64,000 nt of DNA from Prorocentrum cordatum (taxonomy: Eukaryota). Positions 1-14,499 of the stretch are shown here, piece after piece (within the stretch, counting starts at the first letter, position 1; each line of letters begins with the position of its first letter). Below the pieces are notes generated by a model. That model saw nothing but the letters and a program-made list of their open reading frames with translations. It was not told the origin of the DNA and did no database searches. A program made the position numbers and the translations under genes. Location: contig CAUYUJ010000281.1 of assembly GCA_963575745.1 (NCBI GenBank), positions 248,001 to 312,000 on the forward strand, written 5' to 3'.

Positions 1-165
1 GCAAACTACGGGTGCAGCATGCGTGGTGCAAAATACTGGGTAAGAGCTGCGTGGTGCAAGCTAAGTGGTGCAAGTTATGCAGTCAAATCTGTGGTGTAAG
101 CTATGTGGTGGCAGCTGTATGTGTGAGCTCCGTGGTGTACGCTGCGTGCTGTAAGATATGCAGCC
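1..165. repeat. degenerate ~14-bp minisatellite (GTGGTGCAAGCTAT-like), truncated by window start
   Basis: Recurrent gtggtgcaag/gtggtgtaag/gtggtgtacg units. Confidence 0.5.
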
Positions 166-414
166 GCGCCGCACACGGCGCCCACGAGGCACCCACAGGC
201 GGGCACCGGTCAACATCTCTGGGAGAAAGACAAAAACGCCATAAATGAAGGGGCCCTGGGACACACAAATGAATACACACAAATAAAAATATTCCCCACA
301 TTTTCCTATCTTTTCTGGGTTTTGTCTTCCCCACCACTTCCCATATTTTCCCATATGTTCTGGGGGAGCGACGATTAATTGTGTCTGTGTGTTTTTTTCC
401 CTCCTGAATAAGGA

Positions 415-570
415 TAAACTTGTGGCGCTCCGAGCTGAATTCTGGGATATGCGCTGGCCCCCCATCCCTGAAGCGCGGAGCGCGCCAGGGGCGGCGCCGG
501 AGGCGCCGCCGGGGGGGGGGGCCCCGCGCGGACCCAAGAAATCCGCGCGGAGCGCAAGACGTTATGTGTT
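415..570. mobile_element. MITE-like element with inverted ends (second copy at ~6190-6345)
   Basis: ataaacttgtggcgctccgagctgaattctggg ... cccaagaaatccgcgcggagcgcaagacgttat is an imperfect inverted pair; a colinear copy is at 6190-6345. Confidence 0.6.
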
Positions 571-599
571 GTGCCGTTCTCCCAGAGACCCGACGCCGT

Positions 600-660
600 G
601 TTTTTTTTTCAACGCGGGGTCCCCGGAAGTCTCGACCCATTCCCCAGGACCAGGGCTTCC
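600..660. repeat. dispersed repeat (ggggtccccggaagtctcgacccattccccaggacc), also at ~28380 and inverted/diverged at ~48920-48980
   Basis: Identical core at 616-650 and 28380-28415; reverse-complement-like copy near 48925-48978. Confidence 0.6.
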
Positions 661-853
661 TCCCGCGCCGTCTTTCGGCGGCCTCGAGGCCCGGCGGTGG
701 GCCCCTGGGGGCCGAGCCTTGGGAAAAGCCTGCGCCCCGATTTTTCCAACACGCCGGACCTCAGGGCTCTCCTCTTCGATGGCCCGCCCGGGCGCCCGCG
801 AGGCGCACCGCGCGAGGCGCACCGCGCGAGACGCCCCGCGGGAGGCGCCCCAG

Positions 854-950
854 AGGAGGAGGAGGAGGAGGAGGAGGAGGAGGAGGAGGAGGAGGAGGAG
901 GAGGAGGAGGAGGAGGAGGAGGACGAGGAGGACGAGGAGGACGAGGAGGA
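854..950. repeat. (GAG)n/(GAC) microsatellite
   Basis: Direct inspection. Confidence 0.95.
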
Positions 951-1552
951 CGGGAGGTGCCCACGGGCGGGCACCTCGGCCGACCCACGCCCGGAGCACG
1001 GGGCGCGCCGTGCCATAGAGGCGCCCACCAGTGGCGCCCACGGCGGGCGCTCGCGGCGAGGCCCTGCGGAGGGGCCCCAGGACACGCAGACAAATGCACT
1101 TTTCTGGTCGCGGGCGTAAGCGGAAGCGCAGGCGCCGAGCTGAGAGGTCCGGGCCACGGGCCTGTCAAATTAGCAGCACGCAAGCCTGAAAGCACAGCGG
1201 CCGAGCCCGCACTCACACAGACAAATACACGCAACAACAAAAAAGATTCCCCATCTTTTCCCATCTAGTTTCGGGGGTTTTCGTCTTCCCCCCCCCCCCG
1301 TGCCCATGCTTTCCCACATCTTCTGGGGGATCGACGATGAATTGTGTCTGTGTGCTCGTTCTTCTCCTGACCCTGGTGGGCCCATCCAGTTCCGTAGGGT
1401 GCAGGAGCAGGGGCCCCAAAGTGCACGCACTGCTCGGGGGAAGAGCACCATCGCTTTTTTTTGTATCCGGCGACGTCGTGGACGCCTCGCCTGCTGATGC
1501 TCGGGGTGCCAGCACTCCGGGGGGTTACGACGCCTGACAGCTAGGCGATCCA

Positions 1553-1800
1553 ACACACACACACACACAGACACACACACACACACGCGCGCGCACACAC
1601 GCAGGCACGCACGCACGCACGCACACACACAGACACACACACACACAGACACACACACACACAACACAACACAACACAACACAACACAACACAACACAAC
1701 ACAACACAACACAACACAACACAACACAACACAACACAACACAACACAGCACAGCACAACACAACACAACACAACACAACACAACACAATACACACACAC
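1553..1800. repeat. compound (CA)n / (CACG)n / (ACAAC)n microsatellite
   Basis: Direct inspection. Confidence 0.95.
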
Positions 1801-2369
1801 GCGCGCCAACATTGGCAGCTAGTCGAAGTTGGTGTGTGCAAGCACTGCCGCCGGAGCTTGCCCGAACCACAAAAACAGCTGTGCACGGCTTGACATGCTG
1901 TTCTGCGCGAGCTCAGAGTAGCCAGTCCTGCGGGGGGCGATCACAGGCCCCAACCCCCTCGCGCCGGACCACGGCGCGGCTGAATCAATACGTACGTCTG
2001 GCGGCGCTCACAGACTCAGACATAGCCAAAAAAACGGGGAAAGCGCGTGCGTTTGTCAATCAGCCCGTAAGAAGAGAAGCAAAAGAAGAGATGGGGGGAC
2101 GACAAGGAGGCGGACGAGGAGGACAGCGTGGAGGACGACGGGAAAGCGAGGAGGACTAGAACTACGAGGAGGAAGACAAGCACAAGGACGAAAAACGCCA
2201 TCAGAAGATGCACGGACGTGAGGACGATGAACAGATCGACGATGCGGGGTAGGAGGACGGCAGCGTGGAGGGGCCTCCTTGAGTTACCTGGGCGTGTTTA
2301 GGATCTCTCTGAAGCCTTTGGGTGCCTCCTGATGGGACCTCTGTGAGGGCCCCCGCGAGAGCCTGCTTG

Positions 2370-2786
2370 CCCCCCCCCTCCTCCCCCTCTCCTCCCCCTC
2401 CTCCCCCTCCTCCTCCTCCTCCTCATCCTCCTTCTCCTCCTCCTCCTCCTCCTCCTCCTCCCCCTCCTCCCCCTCCTCCTCCTCCTCCTCCTCCTCCTCC
2501 TCCTCCTCCTCCTCCGCTTCATCCTCCTCCTCCTCCTCCTCCTCCTCCTCCTCCTCCCTCCTCCTCCCCCTCCTCCTCCTCCCCCTCCTCCCCCCTCCTC
2601 CTCCTCCTCCTCCTCCTCCTACTCCTCCTCCTCCTCCTCCTCCTCCTCCTCCTCTCCTCCTCCTCCTCCTCCTCTCCTCCTCCCCCTCCTCCCCCTCCTC
2701 CCCCTTCTCCTCCCCCCCCTCCTCCTCCTCCTCCTCCTCCTCCTCCTCCTCCTCCTCCTCCTCCTCGTCCTCCTCCTCCTCCTCCT
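2370..2786. repeat. (CCT)n microsatellite
   Basis: Direct inspection. Confidence 0.95.
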
Positions 2787-2923
2787 GGCCTCGCGCGAGG
2801 CCCGGAGCTGAACCTGGCCATCCTCGCGGACCCCCCGGAGGAACCTCCTGGGCAGGCCGCCTCGGTCTTCCTGGCACTGCCAGAGGTTTCTTGCGAGACT
2901 CCCGCTCGGTGGACAAGCCACCC

Positions 2924-3069
2924 GAGGGCTAATCCTAAACGGTGTCTTTCGTCTTCGTTTTGTTTTCGTTGTCCCTCGCTCTTGTCTCAAGTCCGCCTTT
3001 ACCGCAAGACGATGTCGAAACGAAGACGGCCCACGAAATCACCAAAAACACCGTTCGGGCCCAGCCCTG
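2924..3069. mobile_element. hAT-type MITE with (C)AGGGCT...AGCCCTG termini and 8-bp TSD AGCCACCC
   Basis: AGCCACCC at 2916-2923 and 3070-3077. TIR gagggctaatcctaaacggtg / caccgttcgggcccagccctg. Second copy at 26344-26485. Confidence 0.8.
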
Positions 3070-3549
3070 AGCCACCCCTTGGCGCCGCGCACAGGGGGGT
3101 AGGGGGAGGGGGGAAGGCAAGGCTTCTTGGGAGGAGGCTGCTTCTCAACGGGCGCCAACCTTGCATGTGCAGAGAAGGCCCGCGCCTTCTACGAAGCAGG
3201 GGTGCTCCTAAGCAGCCTTCCCCCCTCTCCCTGCCCCCCTTCGGCGCGTGACCAACACCCAGCGGCGGTGCACCAGGCACCTTCGTGTACAGCCTCAGGG
3301 CGTGGAGGGGACTGCAGCCACGAGCCGCTGGTGTGCGTGATTAGGTGCCGGCGCCGCGGGTGCCTCGTCGCGGGCGCCCGCGGGGCCGCCCGGAAGAGCG
3401 CTCAACGGCATGCGCAACTGTTGCAGGGCCCCAAGAAAGCGAGCACTGGAGGCTGCCCAACACGGGACTCCATCCCTAGAAGGGAGGGGTCACTATTTTC
3501 CTCTGTTGCCCCATGTAGGTGTGTTCGGTCGCCGGTGACGAACAATCCT

Positions 3550-4830
<1,281 letters not shown>

Positions 4831-6189
4831 AGGAGGAGGAGCGGATCGGCTGTCCACGAAAGAGGGCTCCGGCCCGCACTGCCCGGGCGAGCGCGGAGGC
4901 CATTCGAGCCCGACGGCCGAAGTCTGAGGGGCCGAAGCCCCGAGCACAGTTCCGAGACATGGGAAAACACAACATCAAAGAAGCGAATTGATCACTCGAC
5001 TGAGCAGGAGGTTGGAACGACACTTTTTGGATCTGCGGGGCGAGAGCGAACCTCTTCCGCTAAAAGCTAGGCGGGCTACGCACAGCTTTAATTAGGGAGA
5101 CAGGGCACAGGAGGGCGCGGTTGGAGCGACACAAGGGGGGCTTGACTGAAGAGCAGGAGGCGGAGAAGACCACGGCGGCGGCTGAGAAGCGACGCTGCCA
5201 GCCCAAGCGGAGAGGAGCCACCATGGGAAACACGGCCTCCCTTCGCACACGTCTACCAGCCCGACCAGCCGACCACCCTGGTGAATCAGAAGATTCCCCC
5301 ATAACCACCCACAACCATTGAGGCACACCGAACGACGGCCCATCGAAGCGTCACCTCCCTCACGCGGTTCTGATCGCTCCTGCCGACAGCAGACACCACC
5401 TGCGGCCGGCTGCTCCTTCCCACGCCCACACCTCGGCACGATCCTTTTACTAAGCAGCCGCACTCACTGGGCACCTCCACTCCCGTGCCCGGCAGCAACA
5501 ACAGCTGGCCCGCACTGGATACCTACTCTCCGCTCCCACCACCTCGCAGCTCCATGGCGGCGGCGTGCCGCCTCTCCACGAGCCTCCCAAGAGACCCACG
5601 CAATACAGCACTTACCGTGAGCACATCTGCAACACGCCATGCTATGCAGCGGGCCCAAGGCAGCACAAGGCTTCAGAATCAGCCGTGGCTTTCTCACCCA
5701 CGTATGCTGTTCAACTGGATTTGCCGCGATATTGCCATGAGAGGTCCTCGCCCAGCCACCACTCCCTCCCGGCTCACCTTCTTCAGACCCCGTTCCCCCC
5801 CCCCCCCCAAGCTTCACCTGCCCACTCTTGTGGCGGAGGGACGGGTGGGATCACGGGATTACCGGGTGGGGAGGGCGAAGGACACACTCACCACCGGCTA
5901 GTCTGGCGAAAGCTGAGTGCCCGCGGCCGCGCCACCGCCAACTTGCAGCCAGCAGAACCGCCAGCCTGATCGACCTCCAGCTACGTATATTTCGCCTTTC
6001 CTCTGTGGTCTATCCCATGCCATCGCCTCATCGCTGCAGCCCACGCCGCTCTCACCGCGCCGCCTCGCAGCTGCCATCTGTGCAGCCTGCAGCTGTGTCC
6101 ACCGCCCCTCGCGACTCTCAAGGGGAAGGGGGGAGTGGTTTAGATGGGTGTGGGGACGGCTTCGACATAACAGAACAAAAACGCCAGAC

Positions 6190-6345
6190 ACATAAACTCT
6201 TGGCGCTCCGCGCGGATTTCTGGGATCTGCGCTGGAGCCCCCTCCCTGGCGCGCGGTGCGCGCCAGGGCCGGCGCCGAAGGCGTCACCAGGGGGACCCCG
6301 CGCGGATCCAAGACATCCGCCAGCAACGCCCAAGGCCTATGTGTA
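6190..6345. mobile_element. MITE-like element, same family as 415-570
   Basis: Colinear similarity to 415-570. Confidence 0.6.
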
Positions 6346-6497
6346 TGGCGGTTTTCCTTCTCCGATCCTGCTGGGAAGGGCACCGCCACGGAGGGCGCCG
6401 ACCTCCCCTCCCCCGCTCGGCGGAGCCCCGCCGGGCGGCCCCGCAGCGGGCATCCTGCGCCCGTCTGCAGGTCAGGGCCCCCGTCGTTGGACTGTTG

Positions 6498-6584
6498 TTC
6501 GGTCGGGCATTTCCTCCGACAGGCGTATTCTGCACGACAAAAAAATGAGAAAAACAAACATGCTCGAACTTTTTTTTTTTTGTT

Positions 6585-6618
<34 letters not shown>

Positions 6619-6694
6619 GAATCACACATCGTCCCTGGACTATTGTTGGAATATATTGGAACACTCCTCTTGTAGATGGACAGGCCCGACTTCA
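6498..6694. mobile_element. diverged copy of the TTAAGTCGGGC hAT-type MITE
   Basis: Ends ttcggtcgggcat... and ...gacaggcccgacttca; internal gactattgttggaatat shared with the 61439 copy. Confidence 0.65.
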
Positions 6695-6871
6695 GACTCG
6701 GGAGCGCCTGTGGGAGTTTCGTACGGGCAGGGGGAGAGGCCCTTGCGCCGTTCACTTTGGCGAAGCATGATGACCCCCACGCTCGGCTGCCCCCTCGCTG
6801 TGCCGCACCGCCGCCACATCCCCTGCTCTCTCTCTCTCTCTCCTGGAGGTCGTGCTCTGTTCTTCTTCTCA

Positions 6872-6913
<42 letters not shown>

Positions 6914-7269
6914 CTGCTCCTGCGCCTGCTGCTCAGCCTTGTGACAGCCTTCCCCCTGCTGAGCCGGCGGCGACTTTCGCCAGGCCCACTCGTTCGATCA
7001 AACCCACCACGCCGACCAGGCCCGGAGGGGGTGCAGGGCAACGTCCGCGGGAGCTGACTGCCATCAGTCCAGTTTCACGGGGCGAGGAGCACACAAAAGA
7101 CAGCGGGCCGACGCGCGAACAAACACGCGAACAGGCACGGGAGAGGCCGCGGCAGCGTGCGGTCCTGGCGCCGCTCAGGCTCTGCTTCTCCCGGTCCTCC
7201 ACCTCGGTGCCATTCAGGACGAGAGACCTACGCGCGTCGACTCCCCTCCTGAGGCCTTCTTGGAGCTCT

Positions 7270-7339
7270 GGTGGTGATGCTGCTGCTGATGATACTGCTG
7301 ATGGTAAGATGAAGATGAAGATGAATATTAATCTTATGG

Positions 7340-7371
<32 letters not shown>

Positions 7372-7476
7372 GTGATGATGCTGATGATGATGAAGGTGAA
7401 ACTGGAGATGATGATGATGATGATGATGACAATGATGATGATGACGATGATGATGATGATGATAATGATAATGATA

Positions 7477-7572
<96 letters not shown>

Positions 7573-7582
7573 GTGACGATGA
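7270..7582. repeat. (GAT)n microsatellite
   Basis: Direct inspection. Confidence 0.95.
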
Positions 7583-7949
7583 TTCGATTCGACGCGGCTG
7601 AAAGCGAACCTGGAGCACTTGGGCAACGCAGTGCGGGGCCTGCAGGGTGCGCTGGCTCGGTGGGTGAGCACATACGGATGGGAAAAAAACTTCACGTGGG
7701 TGGAAAACCTGCAGTTCCCAGTCTGGAAAAGGATGAGAACTGAGGGCGCCAGCCAGCGGCGCTAGACACAGAAGCGCATGTGCAGGGCGCTGAGGTGAAT
7801 GGTCCAGCAGGGAAGTCGAATAGTTTTCAAAACATCTGCTGGCTTCCCAGACTGTGCTGGGTGACGCCATGCGGACGCTCTCCTGCACGAAGCATCGACT
7901 GGCTGCCGCGGGGAGCGGCGGGCAGAGAGCGCGAGTGTGCGTTTCGCCC

Positions 7950-10900
7950 CGCGCTGTGCGGCGGCGGTTGGACGCCGCGCCGGCCTTGTCGGTCTCGGCG
8001 ACCTGGGAAGCGGAGAAGGCAAGAATGTCTCCCTGCATCATCTGGGCCCTGCAATGCTTGGGGGAGAACTGGAGGTGGTGGAGCGCCCGGGGGCGCGTAC
8101 AAGAATCGTTTGAGCAAGCTGGGCACTTCGTCCTCAGGACGTGGAAACGCGACTGCATTCTTATGACGAGCGCGTGCCTCCTGTGAGCGGCCAAGGCCTT
8201 GCGGCCGCGGCATTCTCCTGGCAGTCAGGGCGCAACAGAAGCAGGACTGGCCTGGCCACCCGCCCAAACGGGACATGTTGCTTCCCTCGCTACTGGACTG
8301 CGGGGCCCGGCATGGGCAAGCGCGGAGTGCGTGGGCTCCGACGCGATGAACTCGCGCTAGGCACCAGGAAAATACAACCAAACCTTCGGGGGCCTGGGTT
8401 TCCACACGAAAAGCAGGTGCCAGCTGTCTGAGGCGCCAGCAGGAAAAGCTGGATGGCCGCCGCAGGTCTGGGCACGGCGGCAACGCAGCGCATCGCAAGC
8501 GGCGGCGCTCGCAGCTGCGAGCCCAGGCCTGCCATTCGTCGCGCCCGCAACAGTGCAGCGAGCGGGGCGGCCTGTGACGCGGCCCGCACCTCTGAGTCCG
8601 TCGGCGCGCTCGGGGCCCGGACACGCCTGGAGCCGCGAATGCGGCGCGGCACTCGGTGGCGCCAGGTCTCCAGCGGAAGCCCGTCTCTGTCGAGCTGACC
8701 TCGCCATGCCGCCACTGCAAGCAAGCTTTGCGAAAGCACAAGTTTGGACGCCCGAGTAGGTACGGAAAACAAAGGGCACAAGACCCAGCAACACATGCTG
8801 TCGAAAAGCGACAGCGGCCGCTGGTGGGCAGGCGGCCTCCTGCCTCCAATGGACAACGTCCGCGGCGGGGCGGGCAGCGGGTCCTGCTCAAGATGAGCTA
8901 GAGCTGCTGTTGGGCATCGTGCCCACTCTTTCCGCGCCCCTTTGGACCGTGCCGAACGGGGGAGCTGGGCCGCGGTGGACTCCGCAGCGGCCCTGGGCCC
9001 GGCGAGGGGGGGGACGGCCAGCGGCGCGAAGGCCTGCTGCGCCCTGGGCCGCTCTGCGGCGGCGGTCGGCCTCGGCTCCCCGGTGGGGGCGTGCCCACGC
9101 GTTACCAGTTCGAAACATGTCCCTGCCCCTGTGTTTTCGGAAGCGGCCAAGAGGGGGGGTGTCCAAGAGGGGGGGGTGCAAATCATGACCGGCGGCACGT
9201 GCGCGGCCCAGCGGGGGGGCCAGGGACGCAATGAAATAAGAAGACGCGCCATGCAATCTGGGGAGATACCATGGCCCACGCCATGGTATCCACCCCCCCT
9301 AGTCATCACCCCCCTCTCTGCCGCCCCCGATGTTTGGCATCGCCTCACCCCGATGCCGGTCTTAAGGGTTCCCTCGGACCCTGGGGGGCACATCCCTACG
9401 CTTGCCCTCGCTTTTGGCTCGCCCATTTTTTAGGGGCAGGGAAAAGTTCGAGGCTGGCTCAGGTGGCCACAGTGGTGAAAGTAGAAGGCACGAAGACCAC
9501 CCCCAGAATGACCACCCCGACAAGCGAGGCCGCGTAGCAAACGCACGCGAAGAAGGAATCGAACATGGCGGGGCGGAGCTGTGAACGGCCAGGGCAGTTT
9601 GGTAAACGCCGGTTATCGGGCGCGGGTGGTCCCCCCCCCTGAGACAAATCTCCAGGGCGAAGACGCCAGGGGAGGTGAGCTGTGCGCGTCCTTTCCAGAT
9701 TAAAGCAGAGTGCACCGTCCGACAACCTTGGCAGGCCCCGCGACGAGCGAGGACCACATCATGCTCCGCCCAACGGACGGCGGACCAGGTGCCAGCATGC
9801 CAGTCGGCGATCTGCCGGGCACTCTCCGACGCCATGCCCGTCTGCTCCTGCCGAGTCGAAGTCGTCGAGAGGTAAGTCGGGGCCTCCAGCGCGATAGGCG
9901 CGGGGGCGCCAGTTCGCTGCAAACCCGCAGAGAGGTCCGACATCTTGCCCCCGCCGACGCCGCAGAGGTACTCGCGGATGCTGGAGTCGAACGCCGAGGG
10001 CGAATCCAAACAGAGCGGTGCCCTAGACCGACGCTGGTGGAGAGCGCACCCGATAAACGGTTGCATGGCCGCGGCGAGAAGCGCGGCGCCCCTCCCGGGC
10101 ACGGGGCCGCACTGCGCCGGACCCAAGGCGTTGGGGGCCGCTCAGACGACCGGCTCGGCGATCGACATGCAGGGCCACTGGGATAGGTGGTCGGAGACGA
10201 GGGTGCCGCGGCTGTTGCCGAGATAAGGTCGCCCTTCTGCCCTTAAAAACCCCAGAGCCCCCCCACTTCATCGCGAGGGAGGGCCGAGCAGCAGTGCCCA
10301 ACGCGCCGAGTGACGGAATCACCAAAACCAGCACGGCCTCTGCCCTAGATTTCCACATGGGCGCGCTGATCCCGTCTGGGGCGAGGCCCTTCTCCAGATG
10401 AGAGCGACATGAATCATGCCGCGCACGGTCGCGATCCAAATGCCGCGGCGGCCGCTGCAAACTGATCTCCGACACGGGGTGGCTCGGACACAGCTGGCAG
10501 TCAGGCAGTAACTGGCAACCAGGGGCGACCAATGCCGCCCCCATCTGCGCTGGAGCTCATCGGGGTCGAAGAGCGTAGCGCCGCGTTCGCCCAGTGCCTT
10601 GGCGCGCTTGCGGACGCCCGCGTGCGCCGCGAGCTGCCCGGCGGCGCTCGACAACTGCTTTGCGTCGCCGCTCTGGTCGGCCGCGTCGGCCTGGAAGGCC
10701 AGCCCCTCGTCCCAGCGTCGTCGACCTCGGCGAACGAGGACTCGCGCTGCGTTGCGATGGTTGGCGAGGTCTCTGGAATCAACGGCCACTTGGCGGTAGT
10801 CGTCGGGGCGTTGCAGTAAGAGGTGATGCGCGAGATCACGGCCGCGTCGGCGGCGCGAGCCTGCAGCTCGCCACCCCAGAAACGCGCGGGTGAACTGGGG

Positions 10901-12000
10901 CCTCTGGACGCGGGGGGGGGGGCGCGCCAGACTGCTGGATTTCGAACTTGCGGGGTGCTTTGGATCAGTGCCCAGCGGGCCTTGGAGATCCACGGCGGTT
11001 GCGGTGCATTCTTTGACGGGGCGCAGATATGTTGGCGCCGGGGCCGTTTAACCCGCTGGATGAGCTGCTGGTGGAAGCGGTCAGGGGCGTCGCGGATGCG
11101 CTGCTGGAGCTCGCGGGCGGCCCGCTGCCTGTTCTGCTGGAAAAGAACGCGCATGTTCTCGCCGCAGAGCCAGGCTGGGCTGACATTGGGAAATGGCGGA
11201 GGGCGCTCCTGCGGAAGGGCGAGCTCCGCGCCCAGTGCCTCGTGGTCCTCTGTCTCGGCGAAACTGATGCTGTCGTCGTAGACCCGTGCGTTCCGCAGAC
11301 GATGTCGCCACCTGGGGCCGAGCCAGATGTTGTCACGCCGCTTTTTGTGGCCTGGCATGTAGACTCACGTGAGTCCCTCGCTGCAGAGGAGCTCAGCCGC
11401 GTCGGCGAGGTGGTTCGCGGGGCGGCATCCCTATGAGATCTGGTTGCTGGAGTTCACGTCATGGGCCTCGTCGTCTAGACTTCCGGTGCCGCGCCTACTG
11501 GAGCCTCTCGCGCTGGGCGCCCCGCAAGTCGCGCATGTCATGGCGCGCGCCGATGAGGCAGGTGCGCGCGCAGGGATGACCGCGCGCGCGCAGCCGGCGA
11601 CGGGGGCCTCGACGCGGAAGAGGCGTGGATTGACGACGTCTGTGGCGGCCTTGCTCGCGGTCGCGTGGAGGTCCTTGTGGACCCACAGCTGGGCGCCGCC
11701 GGCGCCGCCCAAGTCGGCGGCGGCAGTGGGCGAGCTGCAGTGGCCGAGCTCGTAGCGGCCTGACCTTGGAGACGGGCCTCCTGAATGCCAGCGCCGCGGG
11801 CTCCGCGCGGGCGCGCTTCAATCAGTTGCATGCAGGCGGTGAGGCGCTGGCTAATGCGGCGCAGCTGCCTCTGCCCCTTCGGGTCGAGGGTCTGGGCGCG
11901 GGGCTGTGGAAGGTGACCTGGCACCTAGGCGCCATCCCGCTGCGCGCGATGCCTCTGCCATCGGGCGGACGGGCCTGCGCGCCCAGGAGGTCTGGGAGAT
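7950..12000 (-). pseudogene. decayed non-LTR retrotransposon ORF2 (APE endonuclease - RT - C-terminal Cys/His region), many frameshifts
   Basis: Minus-strand fragments in expected order: IQEARLQG and GAQLWVHK...VVNPRLFRV...VIPARAP (APE); LDSPSAFDSSIREYL and WHAGTW...VLARRGACQGC (RT motifs); LAALLRARRMAGLG (thumb); KCPACSNDSCTRPRALHHLQ (zinc-finger-like). Confidence 0.75.
9105..9457. mobile_element. MITE-like insertion inside the decayed LINE
   Basis: Imperfect TIR ccagttcgaaacatgtccctgcccct (9105-9130) / aggggcagggaaaagttcgaggctgg (9432-9457). Confidence 0.6.
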
Positions 12001-14499
12001 GGCCCCGTCCACTTAGCCGCGCTCGCCGTTGAGCCACGGGCCCGCCCAGGCGACGGAGCAGCCGCAGAGGGCTCCGAGGTGGGTCTTCCCAGGCGGCCAG
12101 GCCGCTGTCCAAGCCGGTCGTCGTCGGCGCGCCCGAGGCTGCCTCGCTGGCCGCCTGGGCCGCGCTGGGGTCGCCGAAGGGGCCGCGGCGTCAACGCGCG
12201 TTATATATGACCGCTCCGCGGCATGTCACAACTCCGCGGCGGGGCCGCCCAGTTCGAGTCGGCTGCCTGGCACTCCGCGCCGGCGTCTTCGGGGCCCGGG
12301 AGGGCGCCCGGAAGCGCCCCCCGGGGCGCCGCGGGGGGCGGCGCCGAGGCCTCAACGGCAGGCCTACGCGCGCGGGCCCGCGGACGTCCACAGTTGCGGC
12401 GTGGCAGGTCGAGGCGTCGGCGGCGGTCGCATTGCAGCTTTCCTCGCAGCGTCGGCATAAGTCACTGGTGGCCTCGCCGACGCGGGCCTCTTGGCGGAGG
12501 GACCCGCCCCCGCTGTCGGGCAGGAAGCGAGGCGGTCTGTCGCCCCCGCGCTGCCAGGCCGAGCAGGATTCGCAGCGGCGAGCACCTTTGCGGGGGTTGT
12601 GAGGTAGTTTGTCCAGGGCTGCTGGACTGGGCCCTTGAGTGGCTGCTTGCCGTGGTCGCAAGTGCCCGCTGGCATTCCAGGTGCACTGGTGCCCACCCCT
12701 GGCACTGGCCCCGGCCTGGCACTGCGCCCGCGCGGGGCTGGGGCCTGCTGTCCAATGTGCGTTTCTGCTTGCTCCTCGAACGCGATCTCGACCCGAGACA
12801 GCAGGTCCGCGCCGAGGAGCTCGGCGCGATCGGCGGCGTCGGCCCAGGCGCCTGGGGCGCGCCATGGTCGCGGGCGGCGGCGAGCTGTGCTCGTGGAGCG
12901 TCCAGTCTTTCTCTGCGTAGGGCCCTCGCGCGAGACTCGCGCGGCTCCCTGGGGCGAGTCTGGATGCCTCCACAATGCAAAACCAACCGCCAGAGTAAAG
13001 CATGAGCCCGCGCGCCCGAAACGCGGAGACCCCGCTATGGCAACGATGAAATCTGTGGATGATGACGATGGCACCGCTGCCAGAACTGGCGGCCCTCGCG
13101 AGGGCCTGGGCTCGGAGCCGCGCTGCCCCCGAGGGGGGCCTGGGGCTCGGCCGCGCTGCGCTTGGCGCGCTTCGGCTTGCGCCTGCGCAGCTTCTCCCCC
13201 TGTTTGTTCGCCACCTCCTTCCTCCGCGGCTGCGCGTTGGAATTCCAGCGGCCGCTCGAGCAGCGGCCCGTCCATGGCGCGCTGCGCCGCGAAGAAATCA
13301 TGCTCGCATTTGATCGCGCGCGCTGCCCGCCGAGCCCCGGCGAACTCCGCCGGACTCTCCTCCTGCAGCATGATGGCCCTCGCCCGCGCCCTGCCGGCCC
13401 CCCTGGCGGGGGGCCGCAGCCTGACCCGAAACAACTGCGCATCAACTGCATTAAAAGATAACTCGAGATGCGAATATTATTGCACAACTTAAGACGTTTG
13501 GAAAAATAGCGCTGGCCCAGGAACTTGACCTTGCAGCACTTGCGAATGCGCAGCCAGGACGCAGTCACATCGGCAGTAAGTTCCTGCCTCCGACGACGAA
13601 CGAGTTCACAACCTATACCTTTTAGCAATATATCCCATGGGTCTTGGAGCAATCGTAGGTGCGGTTTGCGTAACTGGCCAGCTGGCTGGCCAGAATGCTT
13701 GCAGGCAGAACTGTATCCTGACGTGCTTTCGGTCTTCCTGGGGGCCCTGTTTGCATGTGCTCGGGCTCGCTGAAGCGTCCGATCTTTTCTGACTGGGCCG
13801 TCGGGGCGGGCCCATGAACCAACGCAGGTCCCGCGGGGCTTGAAGACGTCGAGGTAGGAGGCATCTGGGGCCGATGCTGCGTTCGAAGGTCGTTCCTCGG
13901 GGGGGGGGGGGGGGGTCGGCCTCGTTCGGCTTCGCCGACCGCGCCCCCCGTCTTGGCATTGTCGCACAACTCGCGCCAACGCTCCCCCCCTCCTGAAATG
14001 CGACCGCCCACTGGTGATGCCGCCCCCCATCTGGCGCGCTGCTGGACTTCATGAGATACTGTGCTAGCTTCGAACGCCCAGAAAGTAACAGAAATAATGC
14101 TCAAACATCGACTGTCGGGTTCCGAGGCTCCAGGGCGGGCCGCTAGTCTGGCCCCGAGCAACCCCACTGAGAAGGGCTCGCATGTGTCCGGCAATATCTT
14201 TCTGAAAAGAACAAGCAATCTCTCGCGGCAGACGACGAGGCATCAACGGAGCATGCGCCAGGCGCCGAGACACGGGGGCGGCGTGCCGCCAGGGCGCGGC
14301 CCCCGGGCAAGCCGCTGCGCCGTCTGGCGCGCCAGCGCGCGAAGCCACCTTGCGATGGACATCTCCAACGCATTCGAATTCAATCGGAAAAACGAGAGCG
14401 CGCCAAAACAGCCGCGAAGCACCTTTTAGCGCGAACCCCAGACCAACCACGGGAAAATAGAAAACGAATACACCAACAAAAACAATAACATAATAGACG

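Noticed and set aside
12364..13434. ORF1 of the decayed LINE
   Set aside because: The position fits but no diagnostic motif was recognised; not annotated.
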